Shown here: one piece after another, positions 54,230 through 64,000 of the stretch
Layout of the letters: each line of letters begins with the position of its first letter
Position numbering within the stretch: position 1 is the first letter of the stretch
DNA from: Naegleria gruberi
Lineage: Eukaryota
Assembly (NCBI GenBank): GCA_000004985.1
Contig: GG738852.1
Length of the DNA stretch: 64,000 nucleotides
Direction: 5' to 3' (one strand)
Translations under genes and position numbers: made by a program
Notes under the pieces: generated by a model
What the model was told of the DNA's origin: nothing
Seen by the model: the letters and a program-made list of their open reading frames with translations, nothing else
The model's database searches: none

Positions 54230-56107
54230 TTATGGAAAGACAAAGGTTTGAGTGTTGTCAATGTTGAGAGATTTGTGGATTTTTGGATTGCCCTTCTTTA
54301 AGGAATAGAAAATAGGGAGTGATTCAGTTTTCAGAGTCAGTTGACCTCTTTCATTTTGGTAAATTGGAATACAGAGTTCACAATTTGATGCTCTCGCATG
54401 GAAAATCATTTGACATTCTGAATCGTCATTATTATCCAAAGAATAGACCACTCTTCCATAATTTAAACACTTGTAAACTGGCACTGGATGAGAGTGCATC
54501 ACATTTTCAATATCCAATCGATACATTTGTTGATTGTAGTTGTATCTTGGTAGTGGTGCAGTATTAGTCCAAGTATTTGCAAAGGTTCCCTCAAAATAAA
54601 TCACCTTCCCACCCATTTCATCGTATTCAACATGATGTGAGGGATTATAGAAATCATGCTTTGTAAACTTGTGTGAAACTATTTTTGTGGCATATTTGAA
54701 TGGTCCTAGTGGTGTTTCTCCTTCACTGTAATAAATCTCACCGAGAATGGATGGTGAGCTATTGTCTCCAAATTGTTCCAAAATCATAATGTACTTGTTT
54801 CTGAATTGATTGAAATTAACAGTTCCTGCATGAGCGATTATTTCCTTACCAGTTTCATGATCAATTAGATCAATGAATTTTGCTTGTTCCTTTTTAATTT
54901 TTCCCATCAAAACTAAATTCATCATTTGTTCGGCTGAAATAGGAGAAGTAGTCGATTTCCAATCATATATGAGTTGACCTGATGTTTCATTAAAATCCAA
55001 TTGAACATTTGAAAGATTGTACGAGTTAGTATTTGCTTTCAGTGGTGTGTAGGACTGATACGAGCTCAAATCTTGATAATTTCTTGTCCTTACGAGTGGA
55101 AATGGTTGACCAAAATAAATCCAACCATCCAATGATTTCACTCCTTTTCTATGAGCTACCACATGAGAACCATCAATTGGAAATGAAAAAAACTTTTCAA
55201 ATGCAATTTCAGAAATCAAATCAAATTTCTCCTTATCATCATTCCATTTCAATAAACCTCTCTTTGTGATTTCCAATTCTTGATTCGGTTTCATGAATGT
55301 GGCAAACATTTCGTCCTGTCTTTCGTCCACATAGAGTGCATGTATCCAGGTTGGTAAATTCAAAGATTGCATTGGAGCCACTCCTTTAACAAATCCATTT
55401 GTATTTCTAAAGTAGGTAATATTTGGAATGATTGATAATCCAAACTTTTGTAACTGTTCTACAGGTGTGAAACCTCCACTTGCTTGAAAATTTCCCAAAT
55501 AATACGAAATTGAATTGGTATCTCCATAAAACCAATAATATTTTCCCTTATAGATTGCATTCATAACACTGTCTTGACCAGTAACTTTTGAATTTAACAG
55601 AAATCGTTCCTTGATTGTTTCTCTGTTGACATTTGGCACATCAACATGAGCCACAAACGATTCTCGGAATATTCCTTCACCAGTCGATCTGTACAATCTC
55701 TCTGCAAGCTGCTCTCTCTTCATCAATAACTTTACAGATTCATCATCCGTATAGAGCAATGAAATTCCTTGAAATTCATCAGATTTTACCAATTGATAAC
55801 CATCACATTGTACTTTCAACCAAATAATTTGATTTTCGTAACCTGGCTCGAGAATTAGCACTATACCATTCGAATCACTCACATAGCTCACTTCATTGGT
55901 GCTTGTTGCCATGACCATGGGTATTCCCCTTCTGGTTTCTGCATCTAGAAATTGCAGAGTTAAAGCATGGACGATACCGAACCATAATGATGAAAATAAA
56001 ATCATCATGATGATTACGATCGTGAGAGAAATTGGGCGAGTTTGATTTTGTGTTGAGAACATTTTTTTCTGTGGGATGTGTGAAATGTGAAAAGTAATGT
56101 AGTTCAT
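54230..56107 (-). CDS. Hypothetical type-II membrane or secreted protein (625 aa)
   Basis: ATG at 56107. The N-terminal hydrophobic anchor LTIVIIMMILFSSLWFGIVHA is followed by a large hydrophilic domain containing the KYYWFYGDTNS motif. No confident family. Confidence 0.65.
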   Translation of the reverse strand: MNYITFHISHIPQKKMFSTQNQTRPISLTIVIIMMILFSSLWFGIVHALTLQFLDAETRRGIPMVMATSTNEVSYVSDSNGIVLILEPGYENQIIWLKVQCDGYQLVKSDEFQGISLLYTDDESVKLLMKREQLAERLYRSTGEGIFRESFVAHVDVPNVNRETIKERFLLNSKVTGQDSVMNAIYKGKYYWFYGDTNSISYYLGNFQASGGFTPVEQLQKFGLSIIPNITYFRNTNGFVKGVAPMQSLNLPTWIHALYVDERQDEMFATFMKPNQELEITKRGLLKWNDDKEKFDLISEIAFEKFFSFPIDGSHVVAHRKGVKSLDGWIYFGQPFPLVRTRNYQDLSSYQSYTPLKANTNSYNLSNVQLDFNETSGQLIYDWKSTTSPISAEQMMNLVLMGKIKKEQAKFIDLIDHETGKEIIAHAGTVNFNQFRNKYIMILEQFGDNSSPSILGEIYYSEGETPLGPFKYATKIVSHKFTKHDFYNPSHHVEYDEMGGKVIYFEGTFANTWTNTAPLPRYNYNQQMYRLDIENVMHSHPVPVYKCLNYGRVVYSLDNNDDSECQMIFHARASNCELCIPIYQNERGQLTLKTESLPIFYSLKKGNPKIHKSLNIDNTQTFVFP

Positions 56108-56130
56108 TTGTGAAAATATCTTTATGTTCT

Positions 56131-57726
56131 CTAAATGTAACTATTGCCAGTTGTGTGAAGTTCTTCATTCGAAATCTTTCCAATTTTTATACCTGATTGA
56201 GTTTGTTGTAAACAGTAAAAGATAGGTAAGCCACATAGAGCATATCTCTTTTCAATGACTCGAGGAATGAGAGCTTGATCGGTTGGTGGTGCAAGTCGTG
56301 CTTTCTGAATTGAACTGTTACCCAATCGATTGCATTGAACAATTATTCTATCTAACATGGAATAAATGTTAGGTATCGAGACGAAACCAGCATTGGTAAT
56401 TTCAGTAACCATGGAAAATGGTAAGAAGACTCGTTCAACTCTATGTCCAAAGTAGACACTTCCAACACTATTTGCATCTATTTTGGCAGGGTTATTGTTA
56501 AAATCTAGAGTGAAAATAATTTCCTCAATGTCATCTTTGAGACTCCATGAAGATATTGGATCTTCTCTTTCGAAATACGAAAGTCCAATATTATTTCCAA
56601 TCTTTTGGATAAAGCTCTCGAATGCATAGTATCCTCTGCAAATAAATAATCTCTTAGTTGTGACAACATAGGTCAATAATAATTTACAATATAGCAACTT
56701 GTAGGTGAAAGCATAAATAATCAAAAATAAATAAAGAATTATGAAAAGGTAATATAACAGTAAGTATGCTGAAATGATCAGATACGAGCTCGAGTCATAA
56801 TCTTCAATCTTGTGGGAAATATAGTCAATTGGTACATAACAAGCAATGCTTGTAACTACAACTCCAAATATAAACATGATAATGACATTCTTTTTAAATG
56901 ATGAGGCAGGAGTTTCAATATGAATGATGGATTCTGAACTGTCAAGAGTAATTCCTTTTGGAATATTTGCAGCAGAAGAAGAATTCAAAAGTGTTCTTCT
57001 TTCTCTTCTTTCGTTATTATTTACATATTCCTCAATTGAGTTTTCATCATCCTCCTCATTAATGTCCGAAACTGATGCACTCAATAAATTTCCCTCCTCA
57101 AAATCTTCATTCAGTAAATCAGGTGAATAATAAATTTGTTGATTCTGTGGACGTAACATGTGAATGAATGAATTTGAGAAATTACTCTCCAATCTCGGGG
57201 TAGAAACAGAATTATTCGAACTACTATTATCACCTTCATTGTTTCCTTCTCCTCCCTCTGCTGGTTGAACAACTTCCTTGATGAGTGCATTGAAATTTTT
57301 GGCAAACAAATTCAACTTGCTTTGCATTTGTTTGTTTACCCATGATGAGAAGACCTTCAATCTTCCCAATGGTTGATTGGATGCATGAATAAAACTCTTC
57401 GATTTACTCAATTTACCAATAGTTGTAGATGCACTACTTGTTGTTGGTAATAATTCTTCTTCTTCAATAGTACTAGTAGTATCATTGTGATGATTACTCT
57501 CAAAGATTGTTCCTGCTGTTGATGTTGATGAAGAATGGCTCAATCTCTTACTACTCACAACAGCAGTATTTCCTTGAAGATCACTGCTGTTGGTTTCCAA
57601 TTCACCATCATCCTCCGATTCTGCATGTATTATCGGATCGTTCGTGATGGGAGGTGTTTGTTGTTGATTGTTGTCGGATAATACAGTGGATGATGGAGTA
57701 TTGCCCTCTATCTGCAATGTGGCCAT
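56131..57726 (-). CDS. Hypothetical membrane protein (531 aa): S/T/N-rich N-terminus, central TM hairpin, C-terminal globular region
   Basis: ATG at 57726. The hydrophobic pair is VIIMFIFGVVVTSIACYV / YLIISAYLLLYYLFIILYLFLIIYAF. No confident family. Confidence 0.6.
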   Translation of the reverse strand: MATLQIEGNTPSSTVLSDNNQQQTPPITNDPIIHAESEDDGELETNSSDLQGNTAVVSSKRLSHSSSTSTAGTIFESNHHNDTTSTIEEEELLPTTSSASTTIGKLSKSKSFIHASNQPLGRLKVFSSWVNKQMQSKLNLFAKNFNALIKEVVQPAEGGEGNNEGDNSSSNNSVSTPRLESNFSNSFIHMLRPQNQQIYYSPDLLNEDFEEGNLLSASVSDINEEDDENSIEEYVNNNERRERRTLLNSSSAANIPKGITLDSSESIIHIETPASSFKKNVIIMFIFGVVVTSIACYVPIDYISHKIEDYDSSSYLIISAYLLLYYLFIILYLFLIIYAFTYKLLYCKLLLTYVVTTKRLFICRGYYAFESFIQKIGNNIGLSYFEREDPISSWSLKDDIEEIIFTLDFNNNPAKIDANSVGSVYFGHRVERVFLPFSMVTEITNAGFVSIPNIYSMLDRIIVQCNRLGNSSIQKARLAPPTDQALIPRVIEKRYALCGLPIFYCLQQTQSGIKIGKISNEELHTTGNSYI

Positions 57727-57940
57727 TTTTTAACGTTCTTGTTACTTATTAATAGTGGCTGGCAAACCATCAAGAGAAGTAATTTATCAAACAAGTAAGT
57801 TGGCTATTTAATTTTCTCATTATTGCCTCAATTCCTTTAATAATCACTTCTTTGTGATTGTTTAAAACCGATTCCGAGAATTTAAAATTAATTCCATGAT
57901 GAAGTTTGCTGATTCAATCAAAATTTAAAACTTTAAAAAA

Positions 57941-58162
57941 ATGTTTTCAAGACTTTTTAATACCATCTTCCCAAGGTCGAGAGTTACCGGAAGACGTCCA
58001 TTCCTTGCTGCTTCACTCCTTTTTGGTGCCTACATGGCTGCTACATTACCAGTTAATCGTACTGGTGGAGAAGCTACTGGTGCTGATATTGCACAATCTA
58101 CACTTGTTTCCGATCAACTTGCTGATGATTCTACTAACGAACAATTCTCTAAGAATAATTAA
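57941..58162 (+). CDS. Small protein (73 aa) with presequence-like N-terminus plus one hydrophobic helix; possible small mitochondrial membrane protein
   Basis: aaaaaaaATG at 57941. The N-terminus MFSRLFNTIFPRSRVTGRRPFLAASLLFGAYMAATLP is basic and amphipathic, followed by a TM segment. Confidence 0.4.
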   Translation: MFSRLFNTIFPRSRVTGRRPFLAASLLFGAYMAATLPVNRTGGEATGADIAQSTLVSDQLADDSTNEQFSKNN

Positions 58163-58351
58163 TAATTAGAATTAATTTTGCCATCATTTTACTATCAATT
58201 ATCAATCAATATATTGTGCAAATTAATTTTCGGAATTTATGAAGAATTAATAGCAACAATTTACTTTTTGGAAATAACTCTATCCTTCTTCCCTATCCTT
58301 CTCCCTACCTCCCAATCATCAATGACAATAAAAAACAAATAATTTATAAAT

Positions 58352-60490
58352 TTAATATTCTCTATTGAGGAAAGCATCAAGAGATAATTGTCTTGGATCA
58401 TTGTTTGGACCCTTGACAGGTTTTACAGATTTCACATAAATAACTTCATCATCATCATCATCTGACATGTCATCAGCAGCAGTTGTGGAATCAGTCTTAG
58501 TCTTTTTTGAAGACTTGCTACTGTCACTTTCTTCAGATTTACGTTTCTTTGGAGATTTGGCATCTTCACTAGTGGAGCTCTTCTTTTTAGGAGAAACCAT
58601 AGTTTCTGATGTTTTTCTTTTAGGGTTAGCAGGAGCTTCTGGATAAACACAATCTAATCCCTTCTTTGTGCATGTAAGACATGATGGAATATGTCTGCTA
58701 CACTTCTTGTGAGATTTTTTGCAACAGAGGCAAGAAAAATATGACAATTGTTCTTCAGAATTCTCAGTTTCTGATGATGAACTAGATGCTGTAGATTTCT
58801 TATCTTTCTTAGATTTGCTACGTTTTTCAGAAGCTTTTTCTTTTTTACCTGCAGATTTCTTATCTTTCTTAGATTTGCTACGTTTTTCTACTTTTTCTAC
58901 TTTTTCAACCTCACAAACAGATGTATCAAGTCCTCCAACCTCAAAATCCATCTCGTTTGGTATTGAGGAAGGAGTGGTAGAAGTTGGCGTAATTAAGGAG
59001 ATGGTTTCAATAGCCTTATCAGCTGAATTGCTATCGGGATTTTTGGTAACATCCAAAGTAAGTTGTCCTTTTTCATGTTTTTCATTCTTTTTGGTTTTCT
59101 TTTCAGCTTTCTTTTCATTCTTAGTGTCAGATTTTTGCTCGGATTTCTTTTCAGTCTTGTCTTCAATCTTATCCTCCACCTTCTTTTCAGACTTATTTTC
59201 AGTCTTGTCATCTACATTCTTATTATCTTCATCATTCTTCTTATTTTTTCTATTTTTCTTCGTTTTTTTGTTTTCTGTTGTTGGCTTTTCACTCATTTCA
59301 ACATCTTTTGTCTGTTCGAAAGGCTTTTCTTGTGGGCTTTTCACTGATTCTTGAGAGCTTATTTGAGAATTATCCTTTGAATTTTCCTTGTTCTTCTCTT
59401 TTTTCGACTTTTTGTCCTGTGTCGCCTTATTGTTTTGAGATGATTCCTTTTGCTCCTTTTGTACCTCTGTTGTTTTTGGTTGCTCTTTAGTTTGTTTTTC
59501 TGTGATTTTTGGTTGCTCTGGCTTCTCTTGAGAGCTACTTTGTAATGTTCCATTTGTTGGTTGAGTAACATGTTGATTTTCTATAGCCTTTTTTGATTTT
59601 TCATCCTTCTTTTGAAGATATCTTGGTTTATCCTTAGGCTGTTCCTTTGGTTGGATTTTTGGCTTTTCTTGTGAGCTTGCCACTGATTCTTGAGAGCTAT
59701 TTGGCAAAATTGCGATTGGACTTTCTTGTTGTTTCTGTGAGGTTCCATTTGGTTGGGCTAGAGGTTTCTCTTGTGTAACTTGTTGGATAGTTGGTTTAAT
59801 TGACTCGATTATATTAGATTTGGCTATTATTGGGGATTCCTTAGACAGCACGATAGCAGCTGGTTCAGGTTGTGAAATAGTTTCAGGCTTATTCTCGACG
59901 GAAGCAACAACTGGATTAAATTTTGCTTTGAAACTATTTTCTTTTTTGTCTTTCATTCTACCCTTCAGTCGGGAAACTAATTTGTTGAAGGTTTTGACTT
60001 GGCTTGGTGGTGTAGATGATGTTGTAATAATACTAGCATATGCATTTGTAGAGTTCGTAGCATTTGTATTTGAACAAGTTGTAGTGTTTGATGATTCATT
60101 AGAAGCTTGTTTAGGTGTTTGTTTTTTTGGTTTCTTCTTCACTTCCTCGGAATCTGATTCACTCTCATCGCAATACATTGACTCCCAATCTTCTTCTTCA
60201 TCTTCCGAATCATGATTTATACTAAAATCCTCATCCTCTTCCTCTCTATATTCTGTTGGCCTTGAAATAATGTCATCTTCATCACTTGATTCATCCACAA
60301 AAAAATCATCATTTAATACATCGTCATCCTCCTCGTCCTCCATTAAATTTAAAATGCTCGGATCCAATAAATCATCACCATCATCCTCCTCGTAAACTAC
60401 TACTGTCTTGGTCTTCCTTGGGGATTCAGCCTTTCCTTTGTCTTTACTGATTGTTTTACCGGAGAGTGTTTTCTGGACGGTCTTTGGCAT
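58352..60490 (-). CDS. Highly charged low-complexity protein (712 aa) with a Zn2Cys6 binuclear-cluster-like motif near the C-terminus
   Basis: ATG at 60490. The N-terminus is acidic D/E-rich, the centre is K/E/S/Q-rich, and C-L-C-C-x6-C-x6-C-x2-C-x6-C appears as CLCCKKSHKKCSRHIPSCLTCTKKGLDC. The C-terminus is a basic/acidic tail. Confidence 0.65.
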   Translation of the reverse strand: MPKTVQKTLSGKTISKDKGKAESPRKTKTVVVYEEDDGDDLLDPSILNLMEDEEDDDVLNDDFFVDESSDEDDIISRPTEYREEEDEDFSINHDSEDEEEDWESMYCDESESDSEEVKKKPKKQTPKQASNESSNTTTCSNTNATNSTNAYASIITTSSTPPSQVKTFNKLVSRLKGRMKDKKENSFKAKFNPVVASVENKPETISQPEPAAIVLSKESPIIAKSNIIESIKPTIQQVTQEKPLAQPNGTSQKQQESPIAILPNSSQESVASSQEKPKIQPKEQPKDKPRYLQKKDEKSKKAIENQHVTQPTNGTLQSSSQEKPEQPKITEKQTKEQPKTTEVQKEQKESSQNNKATQDKKSKKEKNKENSKDNSQISSQESVKSPQEKPFEQTKDVEMSEKPTTENKKTKKNRKNKKNDEDNKNVDDKTENKSEKKVEDKIEDKTEKKSEQKSDTKNEKKAEKKTKKNEKHEKGQLTLDVTKNPDSNSADKAIETISLITPTSTTPSSIPNEMDFEVGGLDTSVCEVEKVEKVEKRSKSKKDKKSAGKKEKASEKRSKSKKDKKSTASSSSSETENSEEQLSYFSCLCCKKSHKKCSRHIPSCLTCTKKGLDCVYPEAPANPKRKTSETMVSPKKKSSTSEDAKSPKKRKSEESDSSKSSKKTKTDSTTAADDMSDDDDDEVIYVKSVKPVKGPNNDPRQLSLDAFLNREY

Positions 60491-60705
60491 TTTTTTTCAA
60501 GTGAAAAACCTCCAAATTTTGTTGGATTTTATTTAAGAAATTGCAAAGAACAAGAAACTTTGTGCTCTGTTACAATGAAAATAAATGTTTTGTGATGATG
60601 AAACAAATGATCCGAATGATGATGAAAATGTATTATTTAGTATTCTTCAAAGATTAAATATTTTGTTTATTATATTAAAGAATATTAATAATTATATTAA
60701 AAAAA

Positions 60706-61333
60706 ATGTTGTACTCGTGTTGCATCTTTAACCGTTCGGGAGATTATATTTTTTATCGTGAGTGGAATACATCCGATAAATATAAAAAGCAAAGTGAATC
60801 AAAGCTCAAGTCACAAATGAAATTGATGTATGGTTTCTTGTTTTCCATGAAGAGATTTGCTGAAGGAATTTCACCAAAACCGTACGTTTTTTATTAGTAG
60901 TAGATTTTGTGGATGATCATTGAATATAATTATAATAATATTATTGTTATTGATAATTGGATGAATAATGTTTTGATACGGATCATGATTATTTAATTAT
61001 TTAAATTTAAATAATAATATTTATTGTGGATGTTGATGATGGATTGGATCGGATGATAATTTCTATCAAATTAGAAATTCACAATTCCAAAGTTTTAAAA
61101 CAAATAATTACAAGTTACATTTCTTTGAATCTCCCACTGGTCTCAAATTCATCTTAATGACAGATCCTAATGTTGGAAATATTGAAAATATCTTGCAGGA
61201 AATTTATTCAAAACTCTATGTGGAATTAGTTGTTTTCAACCCAGTTGAAAAGACACAAGATTTAATCACCAATACTCTTTTTGTGAAACATTTGGACAAG
61301 TATTTGAGCCAACTTCCATGGTTCTCCAATTAA
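60706..61333 (+). CDS. TRAPP complex subunit 1 (Bet5/TRAPPC1) homologue, 2 exons
   Basis: Exon 1 is 60706-60881 (MLYSCCIFNRSGDYIFYREWN...KLMYGFLFSMKRFAEGISPK, GTACGT donor). The intron is 193 nt. Exon 2 is 61075-61333 (acceptor aaattag, phase 2), encoding NSQFQSFKTNNYKLHFFESPTGLKFILMTD...LYVELVVFNP...LPWFSN, collinear with Bet5 family proteins. Confidence 0.8.
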
Positions 61334-61542
61334 AATTGTACTATAACATGATGAATTATGCACTCAACACAACACAGCCCCCTTCTTTTTTGACAATGTA
61401 CAGACCAAACAAATCTCTATAAATTATATCACATCATACATTTCATCACTATTCTCAACAACTAGTCCATTAACTTACTCTCATTATTTCAATGACCAAC
61501 TCTTCACGTGTTACATGTTACAAAATGTGCTGAGATGTCCAG

Positions 61543-62988
61543 ATGAACTTCCATCTCCAAAATGGAATGCAATTCAACGATGCAGAGATCACTTCTCAAC
61601 TCTCAAAGATTCAGCACAACAAAAAAATGAGCTTCTTTTCATCATTCTTCGGAGGGAATAGTTCTACCAACCAATCTTCGGATCCATTACAAGTTAAACT
61701 TAATGAATTAAATAGTAAGGTAGGTTTTAGTATGATAGTACAAATGAGGTGGAGATTTTTGTTCTGTATAATTGTATAATATTATACAATATTATTCTTT
61801 GCAATTGTTATCCTTTATTAATAATAATAATAATTGATATCGTCATCGTCATCATTGCTAATGTGTGTGGATGGAATTTTATAACGTTTATTTTAGGCTG
61901 ATAAAGTAGTACCACAAATTGATAATAGAAGAACCATTCAGGAATATTTTCAGTTTGGAGCTAATCTGATTAGACAGGCTGGGCAATATAAAAAGAGTGA
62001 GGACTATGAAAATGCTTATATTTATTTGAAGGCCTTTGAAATTTTGATTTCTAATCGTATTCCTTATCATCCACAAATTGAAATGAGTAGAGCGGAATAT
62101 AATTATAATTTAGAGGTATAGTATCAAACCGGGGTAATAATATTAATATATTTATTGAACTTTGTATAGAAATTGAAACAATTCCAACCAGAAATTGAAA
62201 AAATCAAACAACAATTGAAAGTCCAATGCACACCTCAACAAAAAACTCCATCATTCAATCCTTATTCGAATGAAACCAACTCCTATCCTCAACAACAACA
62301 ACAATATCCACCTCAACAACAACCTCAATATTCGCAACAATACATTCAACCACAACAACAACAACAGTACAATAATCAATCAGGTAATAGAAAATCACTC
62401 CCTCCTCTTCCACCTAACATGATGACAACAAATAATACTCAAATTGTTTCAACTCAAAAGAGAAATCTACCACCTCCACCTTCATCTTCTTCAGGATTGA
62501 CAAAACAAGAAGCTGTTGTTTATAACTCTGTTGGAAATGTTGTTTACAATGATAAATTCCAATCTGCTATGGGAAATCAAGTTGCCAACATGGCTCAAAA
62601 TGAAAAGATCCAAACTGCTGTTGCTACAGGTGTTGCCACAGCATCAACAAACAGAAATATTCAGAGAAGTGTAGGTGATGCTATTGCATCATCGAGTGAC
62701 AGCTATATGGTTCAAAGTTTGGCAAGAAATGAATCAGTTCAACAAACAGTAGGTGTAGTGGTTGCTAACACTGTAGGAAACAAGGAAGTTCAACAAAAGG
62801 TTGGCTCCTACATTGCTAAAGCAGCCACCAATAAGGAAGTACAACAAAAGGTTGCTAAAGGGTTCATGACTCTAGTCAAGGGCACAATCAAGGGAGGTCA
62901 AATTGTTGGAAAGGCAGCTATTGACGGAGGTAAAGTTGTAACTAAAATGGCCATTGAAGAAGGAAAGAAACAATATAACAATCAATAA
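61543..62988 (+). CDS. Hypothetical protein (about 405 aa), 3 exons: helical MIT-like N-terminal region, Q/P-rich linker, C-terminal degenerate tandem repeats
   Basis: Exons are 61543-61719 (GTAGGT donor), 61897-62115 (acceptor ttttag; GTATAG donor) and 62170-62988 (acceptor gtatag), all phase 0. The C-terminus has degenerate tandem repeats such as NEKIQTAV, NRNIQRSV, NESVQQTV, NKEVQQKV, NKEVQQKV. Confidence 0.55.
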
Positions 62989-63114
62989 TAGATCATTGAT
63001 TTTCATCACCTTTTCCATGCTACCCTACTAGATGTAATTTCAAAATAGATAAATCATGATGTACATTAAAAGAAAATGTTTATTTTCAATTCGGAGGGAA
63101 AATATTTACACAGC

Positions 63115-63429
63115 TTACTTGTTTTCATTGATAACATCCAAGAGGGCATTTGGGTTAGCACCGACAACAGACTTAATCTTTTGACCACCCTTGAAGAAGA
63201 GGAAAGTTGGCATAGCTTCAACAGAGTAAACTGAAGCAGATTCATCATTGATATCAACATCAACCTTCAAGAACAAGACAGTGGTGTGAGTCTTGGACCA
63301 TTCTTCAATGGTTGGAGCAATTCTCTTGCAAGGACCGCACCAAGTAGCAAAGAAATCGACAACGACGAGTCCTTCGTGTCCTTCAATCAATGATTTCAAT
63401 TCAGAGTGAGAATCAACTTGTTTGACCAT
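63115..63429 (-). CDS. Thioredoxin
   Basis: 104 aa with the WCGPC active site in VVVDFFATWCGPCKRIAP, consistent with a thioredoxin fold. ATG at 63429. Confidence 0.9.
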   Translation of the reverse strand: MVKQVDSHSELKSLIEGHEGLVVVDFFATWCGPCKRIAPTIEEWSKTHTTVLFLKVDVDINDESASVYSVEAMPTFLFFKGGQKIKSVVGANPNALLDVINENK

Positions 63430-64000
63430 TTTGTGTGTATGTAATATTTTTTTGTATTATTATTATTAATTGATTTCCGTTATGCAGGCTTAAGGATCTT
63501 TTAAGTCCTGACAGAGAGGCGGAAACAAGAACATGAAAATTTTAAAAATATGCTCAAGTACAATCAACGAATTAAACCGCACGATCGCAAGGATGTGCCG
63601 AAATACTTCCAACCGACCAACTAGTAAGCGTGAACGAACAAGTTCTTTTGGTTCATCAACACAATTGATTGAGGCACTAATTGGTTTTTCATTGTGTTGT
63701 AAAATTTACATTTATGAACCTTACGAAAAGAGGATTAGTACTTATTGCGTTATACTAGTCTGATTGAGGAGGTTTTAGAAGCAAATCACATTGTTTATGC
63801 TCAATAATTTTTTCAATGTTTGGTGGGCAATTCTAGAATTGCAGGAAAAAACAAGTTTCAACCATTTAGTTATAAAATTATAGAGCTAATTTCAAAAAGA
63901 AACTCAACTTCGATTTATAAGGTTGTCTAATAATAATAATAATCGTAAATAGTAGGAATAAACAATTATTGTCAATCATAATCTTCATACCATCGATAAT

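Noticed and set aside
63500-63620. Possible U6-like snRNA (the motif cgcaaggatg and an upstream acagaga occur in an ORF-free region)
   Set aside because: The spacing between ACAGAGA and CGCAAGGATG is about 70 nt rather than about 27 nt, and no 5' stem-loop or AUUAGCAUGG box is present. It is most likely a 3' UTR or intergenic sequence.
1-64000. Prokaryotic-type systems (CRISPR arrays, operons, defence islands) or transposons
   Set aside because: There are no direct-repeat/spacer arrays, no Shine-Dalgarno-driven polycistrons and no transposase or integrase ORFs. Every gene shows eukaryotic features (introns, A-rich Kozak-like contexts, signal or mitochondrial presequences), so the window is ordinary eukaryotic chromosomal DNA.

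Overview
This 64 kb window reads as AT-rich (about 68-70% AT by eye), very gene-dense eukaryotic nuclear DNA, roughly one gene per 2 kb, with about 32 protein-coding genes on both strands. I could not support any rRNA, tRNA, CRISPR, transposon or prokaryote-type operon structure. Start codons sit in an A-rich context (AAAAATG). Genes are interrupted by very short spliceosomal introns, about 41-56 nt and occasionally 100-360 nt. Donors are GTAAGT, GTATGT or GTAGGT, acceptors are YAG, and CTAAY-like branch points occur. Codon usage favours TTG, AGA, GGT, CCA, GCT and AAT, and many proteins carry N/Q/S/K/E-rich low-complexity tracts. Together with the gene content (tenascin-type CxC EGF repeats, sedolisins, F-box/LRR proteins, a Zn2Cys6 motif, a 7TM-RGS receptor, an LCL3-like SNase) this fits a dictyostelid-like amoebozoan or possibly an early-diverging fungus; I cannot decide between them from sequence alone. 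The ORF track under-calls gene structure: several 'ORF starts' are TTG or GTG codons inside exons, and at least 12 genes need splicing to be read correctly. Recognisable products are a 5'-partial STE-like kinase, a multi-exon sedolisin (S53 peptidase) with micro-exons, a PIP5K, a NAP-family histone chaperone, the PDH E2 dihydrolipoamide acetyltransferase, tafazzin, TRAPPC1/Bet5, thioredoxin, an EamA/DMT transporter, a secreted staphylococcal-nuclease homologue and several F-box/LRR/Sel1/WD40 proteins. The most interesting inferences are: (i) an N-terminal NCS/calcineurin-B-like EF-hand Ca2+-sensor module apparently spliced in frame, through a 41-nt intron, onto the PIP5K catalytic domain; (ii) a receptor kinase with the ectodomain order signal peptide, NHL beta-propeller, tenascin-type EGF array, TM, Ser/Thr kinase, encoded in 7 exons; (iii) a 7TM receptor with a C-terminal RGS domain; (iv) an F-box/WD40 ORF whose TAA stop lies inside a GTAAGT donor and splices in frame to a KH-domain ORF. 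All exon coordinates were derived by hand from the printed sequence and should be treated as plus or minus a few nt.
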